From positions 33,320-97,319 of the IMG/VR virus record IMGVR_UViG_3300006752_006525: a DNA stretch of 64,000 nt; one strand, given 5' to 3'. The position numbers and the translations under genes are program-made. Positions 56,109-64,000 of this stretch are shown here, one piece after another. The stretch is from a virus. Numbering within the stretch: the first letter of the stretch is position 1; each line of letters begins with the position of its first letter. The notes beneath the pieces are model-generated. The model searched no databases, was not told where the DNA came from, and worked only from the letters and a program-made list of their open reading frames with translations.

Positions 56109-57629
56109 TTAATCGTCTCTGCAATGAACTGGTACTCCATAGTGTTTAGAAAAGTCAATTGCTTCTTGTTCTGTGTTCACTATAGGTTGTCCTTTGATAT
56201 TCAACGATGTGTTTACAATCATTGGACACCCAGTTGCATCATAAAAACGACTCAACAACCTAAACAACTCAGGGTGATCGAGTTGATTAACTGTTTGTAC
56301 TCTGCTGGTTCCATCAGCATGTACAATAGCAGGAAACTCATCTGGCTTTTTGCATTTAGCAGTGTATTGCATGTAAGGAGCACTCAACATGTCTCCCGGC
56401 ATTTCAAAATAATCTCTGGCATGATGTTGTAAAATCATAGGAGCAAAAGGTCTAAACTTTTGACGCTTCTTGATTACATTCATACGGTCTTTGATCTCTG
56501 CACCACGTGGGTCAGCACATAAACTTCTGTTGCCTAATGCTCTAGGTCCATACTCTGCACGACCATTAGCAATACCAAATATTTCGCCATTTAATAGACT
56601 GTTTAATGCTTTGTCTACAGGGTACTTACCTGGAATCTCTGTGCCTAAATAGGGTGTAAATCGTTCTAGTCTGCGACCTGTATGCTTGTGATAATGTAAT
56701 GCGGCGGCTCCTAAACTGCTACCTGCATCACCTGGGTTAGGCATAATGTGTACTTTATCAAAGTATTCAAACAGTCTACTGTTTGCAACACAATTTAATG
56801 CTACACCACCCATGTATACCAAGTTCTTAGAACCTGTTAACTTCTTTGCTTTCTCTGCATAAGCAAATATCTTATTCTCTACTACTGCTTGGGCACTTGC
56901 GGCTAAGTCATAGTCTAAACTGTAATGACCCCATTCATCTTTATTCTCTTGCAGATGCCTACCAGTAACTTTCTGTTCTAATCCACGTTGTAGATTGCGT
57001 TTGGTTTTGAGACTATTCTTGCCTTTGAACAATCTATTTTCTAACCTTTCTGTGTATGCGGCTTGCCCATAAGCGGCCATACCCATTAATATATACTCAT
57101 CTTCCATAGGCTTTAATCCTACGTGAGATGTCATAGCACTATAAAACAATCCTACTGAATTAGGAAACCAAACACTGTGCTTCTTCTTTAATTTATTGTT
57201 TTGCCAATGCCAAATAGTTGCTGTGTCAAACTCGCCTATGGCATCTATAACCATAACAGCACATTCGTCAAATTCGCTAGTCATAACACCAGCGGCGGCA
57301 TGTGTTTCATGATGCCAATACTCTTTGATAGGTATGCCTGCTAGTTGTGGATAGAACTCTTTGATCCACTGCTTGGTGTCTAATTCTTTTAGTGCAGACC
57401 AATTGCCTGCGTAGATGTTTCTAGCACGTTTTGCCCATGACTTTTCATGTAGTGCTATGACATCAGGTCGCCCATAACCTAATGCCTCAGAAACTATATT
57501 CTGATTGAGGAAAGCATCGTTCTTTATTCTGCTGTATCTTTCTGCATGACCTGCAAATAAAATATTACCGTTGTCTATAACACTGATCGAAGCATCATGA
57601 AACTGGCTACTAATACCAAGTACTTTCAT
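56109..57629 (-). CDS. NodU/CmcH-family carbamoyltransferase
   Basis: HDAS, ERYSRIKND, HHETHAA, DAIGE, MGMAAYG, GGVALNCVAN, GDAGSS.GAA, EYGPRALGNRS, FRPFAP, HADGTSRVQTV, NTSLN. Confidence 0.95.
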   Translation of the reverse strand: MKVLGISSQFHDASISVIDNGNILFAGHAERYSRIKNDAFLNQNIVSEALGYGRPDVIALHEKSWAKRARNIYAGNWSALKELDTKQWIKEFYPQLAGIPIKEYWHHETHAAAGVMTSEFDECAVMVIDAIGEFDTATIWHWQNNKLKKKHSVWFPNSVGLFYSAMTSHVGLKPMEDEYILMGMAAYGQAAYTERLENRLFKGKNSLKTKRNLQRGLEQKVTGRHLQENKDEWGHYSLDYDLAASAQAVVENKIFAYAEKAKKLTGSKNLVYMGGVALNCVANSRLFEYFDKVHIMPNPGDAGSSLGAAALHYHKHTGRRLERFTPYLGTEIPGKYPVDKALNSLLNGEIFGIANGRAEYGPRALGNRSLCADPRGAEIKDRMNVIKKRQKFRPFAPMILQHHARDYFEMPGDMLSAPYMQYTAKCKKPDEFPAIVHADGTSRVQTVNQLDHPELFRLLSRFYDATGCPMIVNTSLNIKGQPIVNTEQEAIDFSKHYGVPVHCRDD

Positions 57630-57632
57630 GTA

Positions 57633-57830
57633 TTACCTATATATGAAAGGATCGCGTTTACGCAATTCTTCTATTTTCTTCTTGAGTTTTTCCTCGTCTG
57701 ATAAAGGAACATCTTCCCCTGTGATAGGTTTAACTTCCTCACCATCCTCGTCTATACCGCGATTGCCATCGCCATTGAACTCAGTAAGGTCCTGTTGCTT
57801 GTGCTTATAATTCTTTTCGTCTTCAGTCAT
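57633..57830 (-). CDS. small protein ending ELRKRDPFIY
   Basis: AGGAG RBS; AATAAATA late promoter at 57850-57857 (-). Confidence 0.7.
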   Translation of the reverse strand: MTEDEKNYKHKQQDLTEFNGDGNRGIDEDGEEVKPITGEDVPLSDEEKLKKKIEELRKRDPFIYR

Positions 57831-57869
57831 TGGGCATCTCCTGTGCTAATATTTATTTGGTAATTATTC

Positions 57870-58760
57870 CTAATTATAAATAATCCGGTTGCCGGATCTT
57901 AGCATTCTTGTATATTCTTTTTGATTTTCTTCTGTAAGTGTGCCTGCATTGTATTCTGGTAATTGATATAATTGTTGTGTTTCAAAGCAATGCTCTGCTA
58001 ATTCTCCAGCGGCTCTGAACTGCGTTATGTGCCCTTGGTGCGATAGATCTCTGGCTAAAAAATTACTGATATCTATTTCATCAAGCGATACAGTTTGTAT
58101 GTTATATTTCACATAACGATTAATACTGTGATCATCAAAGTAACTCCACAACCTAACAGGTATACCCCAAGCATTAAAATGATCAACTAAACTGTTGATT
58201 GTATCTCCAAGATGTAGTTCTTGTGTTGTATCGTGTTCTGATATCTGTTGTTCTTCAGTTGTCATTGTGGTTATCCAAGTATCATGCGATACTCCCTCAA
58301 TGTCTGTGTATCCTTGTTGGAGAGTTGATGTGGTCTTGCGACTTATATCAGGTATTTGAATTACAACTATGTCAGGCTTTGCAAAATACTTACACCATTC
58401 CTTTGCTACAAGACTAACTGCTAATATGCCATGGCTTTCACAGCCTAAGTTAACAAAGTCTTTGTTGACCAAACGACCTAACTCAGCATGCCATGTGTCT
58501 TCTGCTTTAACACCTACACCATATGTGTGACTGCAACCTAATGCTAAACCAAAGTTCTTGGTATAACTTTCAAAAGGCTTTGAGCGAAAACCATGATTAT
58601 TATTAACATAACTGATGTCAGCATTTTTATAATATGAATGTAACCTGTCATAGTTTTCTTCAAATGCTTCTTTGCTGTCTGTGCTGATAAACTCTTTGGT
58701 TACATTGATCTTGTCCAGCATTTTAGGAAACTGATCAGGAAAGTATGCTAAAGTAGCCAT
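57870..58760 (-). CDS. SGNH/GDSL-like hydrolase/acyltransferase
   Basis: N.HGFRS, LGCSHTYG, NLG, ARDLSH (DxxH). Confidence 0.7.
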   Translation of the reverse strand: MATLAYFPDQFPKMLDKINVTKEFISTDSKEAFEENYDRLHSYYKNADISYVNNNHGFRSKPFESYTKNFGLALGCSHTYGVGVKAEDTWHAELGRLVNKDFVNLGCESHGILAVSLVAKEWCKYFAKPDIVVIQIPDISRKTTSTLQQGYTDIEGVSHDTWITTMTTEEQQISEHDTTQELHLGDTINSLVDHFNAWGIPVRLWSYFDDHSINRYVKYNIQTVSLDEIDISNFLARDLSHQGHITQFRAAGELAEHCFETQQLYQLPEYNAGTLTEENQKEYTRMLRSGNRIIYN

Positions 58761-59992
58761 GGTACTCCTTGACTGTTGATGTCTTCGCCAGTGATTGCTG
58801 ATTGTTGATTTGCTATCTGTTGCTTACGATACCAACTAAAGTCTGTTACAAAGTCTATTTGCCCTGCATAACCTGAGTACTCTTTGTCTTTGAATATCAA
58901 TTTACGTCCTGGCAAACCAGATTCTGGATATTTCATAATAAAGTCTGGTATAAATCCTCTTTGTTTAATAACATTCTGTATGTGATTTTTAGCAGAGTCT
59001 GTCATGTTTCTCAGCATAAACTTGCAATCTCTTTCTTTGCCTACAAATTGTTTTTCATTAAATTCGTGTAGTTGTTCACAAAGTCCTTTGACTCTGTCCT
59101 CATAATGTCTATACTGATCCCAATCAAAGTTGATAAATTGATCCAGTGGCCACCCACCCATTAACTCTTGGAAAGCGGCATTGGCATTTCTTGCACCCAA
59201 TATAACCATAGGCTTACCATAAAACACAGGACGCCACGTTTTTTCTGTGCTGAAACGTGCTCTGATAGTGCTTTCCATAACAACATCTATTAAACCATTT
59301 GTGTATTCCTGTGGCCAAACACCATATTGATCTACTGTGCCGTTACCAGCAGTGCGAACCATGTTGCTTTTGTCCCAATGCTGAAAGTTTGGATATTGTT
59401 GTTTTGTGTTGTTCAGTATTACTTTACCCAATGGCATAACACCTTGCTCTGCCATTATGTCTAATGCTCTGTGTCTGTGATACCAGCATTCACCTATCAT
59501 TGTGGTCCACAAATGTGTAGGAGTGTTGTTTGCTATATCGTTTGCTACACTGGCTTGAAATTCATTTAATTCATTATTCCTACTGACTTCTAGATAGTTG
59601 TGTGCTGTTAACCACATGAAATATGAAGGCCAACACACTACGTCTACACGAGCTATAAAGTATTCCAATTGATGTATGGTTGGTTCAGTGTCTTCCCATT
59701 TAATGGATAACCTATCCATGTCGTCAGCACCATATACATTCCTGTGAGCACCAGTAACAAATGTAATAAATGCCTGTGCTTGTTCTAATGCATCACGCAA
59801 CTCCAACACACTGTCTTCATTGATACAACTGGCAAATGTCCATTCTTCAGGACCCCAGTGAATTATATGAGTGTTGTTGAACTCACCGTTTTGTATTTGT
59901 TTGATAATATCAACAAATTCTACTTGATCATACCATTGATAGATATGAACAGTGTTAGATATATTGTTGGTATAGTGCGTGAAAGTACTCAT
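58748..59992 (-). CDS. GT-B glycosyltransferase (GT10/fucosyltransferase-like)
   Basis: VVMES…STEKTWRP…KP..ILG. Confidence 0.55.
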   Translation of the reverse strand: MSTFTHYTNNISNTVHIYQWYDQVEFVDIIKQIQNGEFNNTHIIHWGPEEWTFASCINEDSVLELRDALEQAQAFITFVTGAHRNVYGADDMDRLSIKWEDTEPTIHQLEYFIARVDVVCWPSYFMWLTAHNYLEVSRNNELNEFQASVANDIANNTPTHLWTTMIGECWYHRHRALDIMAEQGVMPLGKVILNNTKQQYPNFQHWDKSNMVRTAGNGTVDQYGVWPQEYTNGLIDVVMESTIRARFSTEKTWRPVFYGKPMVILGARNANAAFQELMGGWPLDQFINFDWDQYRHYEDRVKGLCEQLHEFNEKQFVGKERDCKFMLRNMTDSAKNHIQNVIKQRGFIPDFIMKYPESGLPGRKLIFKDKEYSGYAGQIDFVTDFSWYRKQQIANQQSAITGEDINSQGVPWLL

Positions 59993-61097
59993 GTTCCTTA
60001 ACCTTTTCCGATGTGTGTGCTACTAATCGTATGTAATGATCCATTTGATAATTGTAAATATCTTTAGGAACACTTCTCTGTTCTCGGACTATTTGTAAAA
60101 ACTTGTTGCAATTATTCCATGCCACATGACTTACTTTTCTATATAGATCGTTGAGATTCTTGTCTTCCAGTGTTCTCAAATTGTCCATAATGGCTTCTAT
60201 GCGTTTCTGTGCATCTGGTTCACTGTCAAAACTGTAATCAAAAATGTCATCATAGAGATAAAAACCCATTTCTGTTAATTTTTTATGTATGCCTGGCGCA
60301 CCTAGTATGAGGAAAGGCTTTTGTGCCATTATAGGCTCTATGGTTTTTTCTGTTATCCAAGGATGATCTAATGTGGTTTCTGTTATTACTTGACAGAATG
60401 CTTGACTGTAAATTGGGTGTACTTGATATGAATACCATGTGGTGTCGTCAATCAAGTTAGGATGAACCCTTGTTGCTGTGCCTAAATGATGATTTTTGAA
60501 GTCTGTTAACCATTTTGGAGGGGTGTTTACGTCTGGTTTAGGCAGTGGCATTGGCGTTGTTGTGTCATCGAAGTTTTCAAACTCATAGCCAGAACTCTTA
60601 TTCCATGTATAAACATTGTTATCCAAGAAGCCTTGCTCTGCTAGATTATCCATCAATTGACATCTATGTGGTCTAGGCTTACCGTTATACACAATAAAAG
60701 GATAAGTGATACCCATTTCTAAGTCTTCATATGGGAAGTCCTCGCACTCTGGTACAAGTTTTCTAGCAGTGAATCTCATTGCACTGTCATATAAAAAGTA
60801 TTCGGGCCAACTGATGATTTTAGCAAACTGAGACATTTCGTTCCACTGCTGATCAATTGTGAGTTTGTCTATACTGCTCACAATAGTCAACATGAGGTCT
60901 CTGTCGCCTAACATTTTAACTATCTCATGTACTTTGTCTACTTCGGAATCTTTGGGGAAACGCAATCCTTCATAAGCATCAATCCATATAACATGACTGC
61001 TTTGATCTATGTTAGCAAGTATTGCAATTATATCTTGTTTATATTTGATCCAGGGTGCTTCATCTGGATTTACGTAAATTATATTGTTTTTAGCCAT
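59955..61097 (-). CDS. GT-B glycosyltransferase (GT10/fucosyltransferase-like)
   Basis: RPHR, VITET…ITEKT..PI…KPFLILG…L..MGF…FDYSFD. Start reassigned to 61097. Confidence 0.6.
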   Translation of the reverse strand: MAKNNIIYVNPDEAPWIKYKQDIIAILANIDQSSHVIWIDAYEGLRFPKDSEVDKVHEIVKMLGDRDLMLTIVSSIDKLTIDQQWNEMSQFAKIISWPEYFLYDSAMRFTARKLVPECEDFPYEDLEMGITYPFIVYNGKPRPHRCQLMDNLAEQGFLDNNVYTWNKSSGYEFENFDDTTTPMPLPKPDVNTPPKWLTDFKNHHLGTATRVHPNLIDDTTWYSYQVHPIYSQAFCQVITETTLDHPWITEKTIEPIMAQKPFLILGAPGIHKKLTEMGFYLYDDIFDYSFDSEPDAQKRIEAIMDNLRTLEDKNLNDLYRKVSHVAWNNCNKFLQIVREQRSVPKDIYNYQMDHYIRLVAHTSEKVKEHEYFHALYQQYI

Positions 61098-61124
61098 ATA
61101 CTCTATCTTTTGTGTGTAATAACA

Positions 61125-61151
61125 GTTAAATAACTGTATCAACTATTTATT
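61125..61151. promoter_or_regulatory. overlapping divergent late promoters (GTTAAATA +, AATAAATA -)
   Basis: TAAATA on both strands in the gap between divergent genes. Confidence 0.5.
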
Positions 61152-61169
61152 AAAGGTCAAAAGAAAATC

Positions 61170-61793
61170 ATGAGTTTTTCCGCTGTAAATGAATTCGAAA
61201 AACAACTTGCAGACTGGTGGGGTGCTCCTTTTGCTGTAGCAACTGATTGTTGTACCCATGCTATAGAGCTGTGTTTGCGTTATAAACGTGCTACAAGCAT
61301 TCACACTGTGCCTAAACACACTTATATCAGTATTCCCATGACATTGGAAAAAGTAGACTTACCTTGGGATTGGACCGACGAAGAGTGGTTTAGTTTTTAT
61401 GAAATTGGCACCTCAGGTATCATTGACAGTGCTGTATACTGGAAAAAAGGCGGTTACATTGATTTAAGTCTACAGTGTTTGAGTTTTCAATTCAAAAAGC
61501 CTCTCAACTTAGGCAGAGGTGGTGCTATATTGTGTGGCACAGAAAAAGAATACAGTGATCTCAAAGCAATGGCATATGACGGCAGAGATCAGAACAGTAA
61601 TACATATTGGGGTGATCAACGCATCAGCACAATGGGTTATCACTATTACATGACACCCGAAACTGCTGTAATGGGCATGGAAAGACTGCCCAGCAGTCAT
61701 AAACGTGCTACCAAGCAATGGAGTTGGCAAGATTACCCAGACTGTTCACAAATGCCTGTGTTTCGCAAAAAGGGCATGATGTATTATGTCTAG
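61170..61793 (+). CDS. short DegT/DnrJ/EryC1/StrS-family PLP aminotransferase
   Basis: FE..LA…AVATDCCTHAIEL, IIDSA, SFQFKKPL..GRGGAI, GYHYYM. Confidence 0.75.
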   Translation: MSFSAVNEFEKQLADWWGAPFAVATDCCTHAIELCLRYKRATSIHTVPKHTYISIPMTLEKVDLPWDWTDEEWFSFYEIGTSGIIDSAVYWKKGGYIDLSLQCLSFQFKKPLNLGRGGAILCGTEKEYSDLKAMAYDGRDQNSNTYWGDQRISTMGYHYYMTPETAVMGMERLPSSHKRATKQWSWQDYPDCSQMPVFRKKGMMYYV

Positions 61794-62676
61794 AACCTTT
61801 ATATTTGGTTGTTCATACACACAATACATGTGGCCCACATGGGCAGATATCATACAATTATCAGAAAGAGAACGTGGCAACCAATGCTGGAACTTTGGCA
61901 TGTGTGGTGTCAGCAATTCAGGCATAGCAACCAACATAAACATTGCAGACAGTGTGTTCAACTTCACAGAAGCAGATCGCATAATGATATTGTGGACCAG
62001 TTTGCACAGAATAGACCGTTTAGAAACCTATTGGGACTGCCAGTTAGAGCGAAATGTAATGCAATGGGAGATGCGTGGCAGTATATTTGGCAACGATAAA
62101 CCTGAACACATACAGCAATGGATCAAACACGAATGGCAAATGGAAACAGACATCATGAACAACTGGACCACTATGCGTTCAATTGATCGTGCATATCAGC
62201 CTGCTTTCCAAGGACATATCCGAGAACCACTGCTAGAACGTGATGTACAGCATTTTGATCTTAATCCTGAAATTGCCATGTGGTATAGAAGTTATTATAC
62301 AAAAAATAAACACAATTTATTTGACATAGACAAGAAATCAATGTGGAACAACGGCGAACTAGATGACTATGCTGTGCGTGATCCACATCCATGCCCCGTA
62401 AGCCACCTTAAATACGCAGAAAGCACAGGTATACCCATCACTGATTCAGTAAAACAATTAATACATAATTGGCAAGATGAATTTATTGCAAAAGGCTATT
62501 CAGCAGACCAATTACAAGAAATTATTCCATGGAGAGACTGGGAGATGCCCAGAGTAAACTGTATTACCACAGAATTAAATGAAAAATGGGGAATAGAATC
62601 AGGTGCAGAAATCGAAAACTATGTGTGGCTATGGAAGCAGGTCAGCCCTAGCACCATTTTGAATAAAATCATATAA
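61786..62676 (+). CDS. SGNH-like protein
   Basis: FGCSYTQYMWPTWAD, NFG..G..N, DPHP (DxH). Confidence 0.65.
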   Translation: MSRTFIFGCSYTQYMWPTWADIIQLSERERGNQCWNFGMCGVSNSGIATNINIADSVFNFTEADRIMILWTSLHRIDRLETYWDCQLERNVMQWEMRGSIFGNDKPEHIQQWIKHEWQMETDIMNNWTTMRSIDRAYQPAFQGHIREPLLERDVQHFDLNPEIAMWYRSYYTKNKHNLFDIDKKSMWNNGELDDYAVRDPHPCPVSHLKYAESTGIPITDSVKQLIHNWQDEFIAKGYSADQLQEIIPWRDWEMPRVNCITTELNEKWGIESGAEIENYVWLWKQVSPSTILNKII

Positions 62677-63390
62677 CACATCAGCATACAGTGCATGTGG
62701 TTCTTCTGCATGATGCCAATACTTTGCCAGAGGGTTCTCATGACCCAGGTTCTTGTAGTACCAATAAAAACATTTTGAATTATTTCTAGGATAAAGATAG
62801 TTGCTCTCATCTATGTGTGCATAATCCTGTGAACAATAGTGATTAAAGCCTTCATGATTGCTGTTAGGATACATGTACATGGTGTTACAGAACGTGTAGG
62901 GTATGTTTTCCATTTTCAAATAACTCTGTAAACCCCACTGTAATGAGATTGTTTGTAACCACATCATCTTCTCTTGTCTCACTTGATAATCGTGCCAATA
63001 CTTGATAATGTGCTTCTCTTCGTCGTTAGCACCTTCCCAACCTGAATTAACCTGTAAGAAGTTGTCCATATAGCCATTATACCATGTAACAGCAGGATTC
63101 ATCTCCCCATACCACACTTTATAAGGGCTTGGCACATCTAATCTGGTTAATTCTGTGAAAGCAACCAACACACGAGCAGGTTTACCATTCTCACTAATCC
63201 ATTCTCTCACACTTCGCACAATAGCAGGGTTAGAACTGGCGCCCAGTGCAATGTTTACCGGCTCTAACCCCATTTTTTTAGCAAGTTGATTGCCAAAACT
63301 CTTGCGACGATTGTGTTTGCAGTCTTCAATGCCTGATATCTCATATCCTGCGGCATTGCTACATCCTGCTATCAATAACTGTTCACTCAC
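62629..63390 (-). CDS. SGNH-like protein
   Basis: IAGCSN..G, VNIA..ASSN..I.R, WHH.EEPH..YA. Confidence 0.65.
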   Translation of the reverse strand: MSEQLLIAGCSNAAGYEISGIEDCKHNRRKSFGNQLAKKMGLEPVNIALGASSNPAIVRSVREWISENGKPARVLVAFTELTRLDVPSPYKVWYGEMNPAVTWYNGYMDNFLQVNSGWEGANDEEKHIIKYWHDYQVRQEKMMWLQTISLQWGLQSYLKMENIPYTFCNTMYMYPNSNHEGFNHYCSQDYAHIDESNYLYPRNNSKCFYWYYKNLGHENPLAKYWHHAEEPHALYADVLYDFIQNGARADLLP

Positions 63391-64000
63391 TGCGTATTCC
63401 TTTTTTGCTTACTTTAACGTCTTGCATTTTGTGTGCATCACCGTGATCTGGTGCAAAACTTCTGCTAACCTCTTCCACATCATAACTGTGACGTGTGGCT
63501 ATTCTGCCTGTTACTGTGACATCTCGCACCAATACCTCCCAGTTGTGTCTCAGCACTTCACTCATCTCTCGATACATTATGCGTAAATCTTCTATGCTAC
63601 GATTACGTATGCTTTGTGCTACACGCAACACTTCACATAGACGTTGTGGATTATCCCGTATATTATCGTACTTTTCAGGCCACCATTCTGAAAACGTTTC
63701 AAAACCCATTTCCCGCATGTACTGTAAACTGTGTACAGGTGCTATCAGCAAGAACGGCGATGCATACAGTATGCTTTGAAACACTTTTTCTGATATGTTG
63801 CCGGTGGGTTGTGCAAAACGACTTTCTGTTACCAGATCACAAAATGAATCCATGTAGTAACTTCTCAAGCGATAGTGTATCAAATTCTCATGCACAGGGT
63901 TATGTCCGTGTGCATACAGTTCTTCCTGTATGTGTCGAGGATACACATGCCCAGCACATTCTACCAAATCAGTTGCTCGACGTGCAGGCAAGTCTACCAC
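63383..64000 (-). CDS. GT10-like glycosyltransferase, C-terminal part (5' end beyond window)
   Basis: LVTESRF…ISEKVF…PFLL…MGFETF..WW.E.YD. Confidence 0.6.
   Translation of the reverse strand: MVDLPARRATDLVECAGHVYPRHIQEELYAHGHNPVHENLIHYRLRSYYMDSFCDLVTESRFAQPTGNISEKVFQSILYASPFLLIAPVHSLQYMREMGFETFSEWWPEKYDNIRDNPQRLCEVLRVAQSIRNRSIEDLRIMYREMSEVLRHNWEVLVRDVTVTGRIATRHSYDVEEVSRSFAPDHGDAHKMQDVKVSKKGIRSE

Noticed and set aside
1-64000. Stop-codon recoding as in some large phages
   Set aside because: Standard-code ORFs tile the window and known enzymes are full length; TAA, TGA and TAG all end genes; no suppressor tRNA seen

Overview
64 kb of an AT-rich, gene-dense genome of a large tailed dsDNA bacteriophage. 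It has T4-like replication genes and T4-like TAAATA late promoters. A marine proteobacterial host is an inference only. Layout: a ClpA-type unfoldase and three very large Gly/Ser/Thr-rich virion fibre/structural genes (1-12.6 kb); host-like accessory genes and four tRNAs (12.7-20 kb); DNA polymerase B and sliding clamp followed by a 7-deazaguanine DNA-modification region (DpdA-like transglycosylase, T-fold LxxxHRHxF protein, FolE, QueE, plus glycosyltransferase, GalE, PRTase, MazG; 20.7-35 kb); RNase H, HNH, MoxR/vWA pair and ligase (37-46 kb); and a mainly minus-strand late glycan-tailoring cluster (48-64 kb). The best unannotated signals are five. (1) A tandem glnA-class glutamine riboswitch with a readable ON-switch platform controls an uncalled 49-aa basic peptide. 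(2) The DpdA-like enzyme ends in the same clamp-binding-like peptide as the polymerase. (3) An intergenic hairpin has a G-free loop complementary to the shared leader/SD motif of the early genes. (4) GCWGC and most AGCT contexts are strongly avoided. (5) The sigma70-like promoters almost all have a 16-bp spacer. All calls are from motif recognition by eye; no searches were run.
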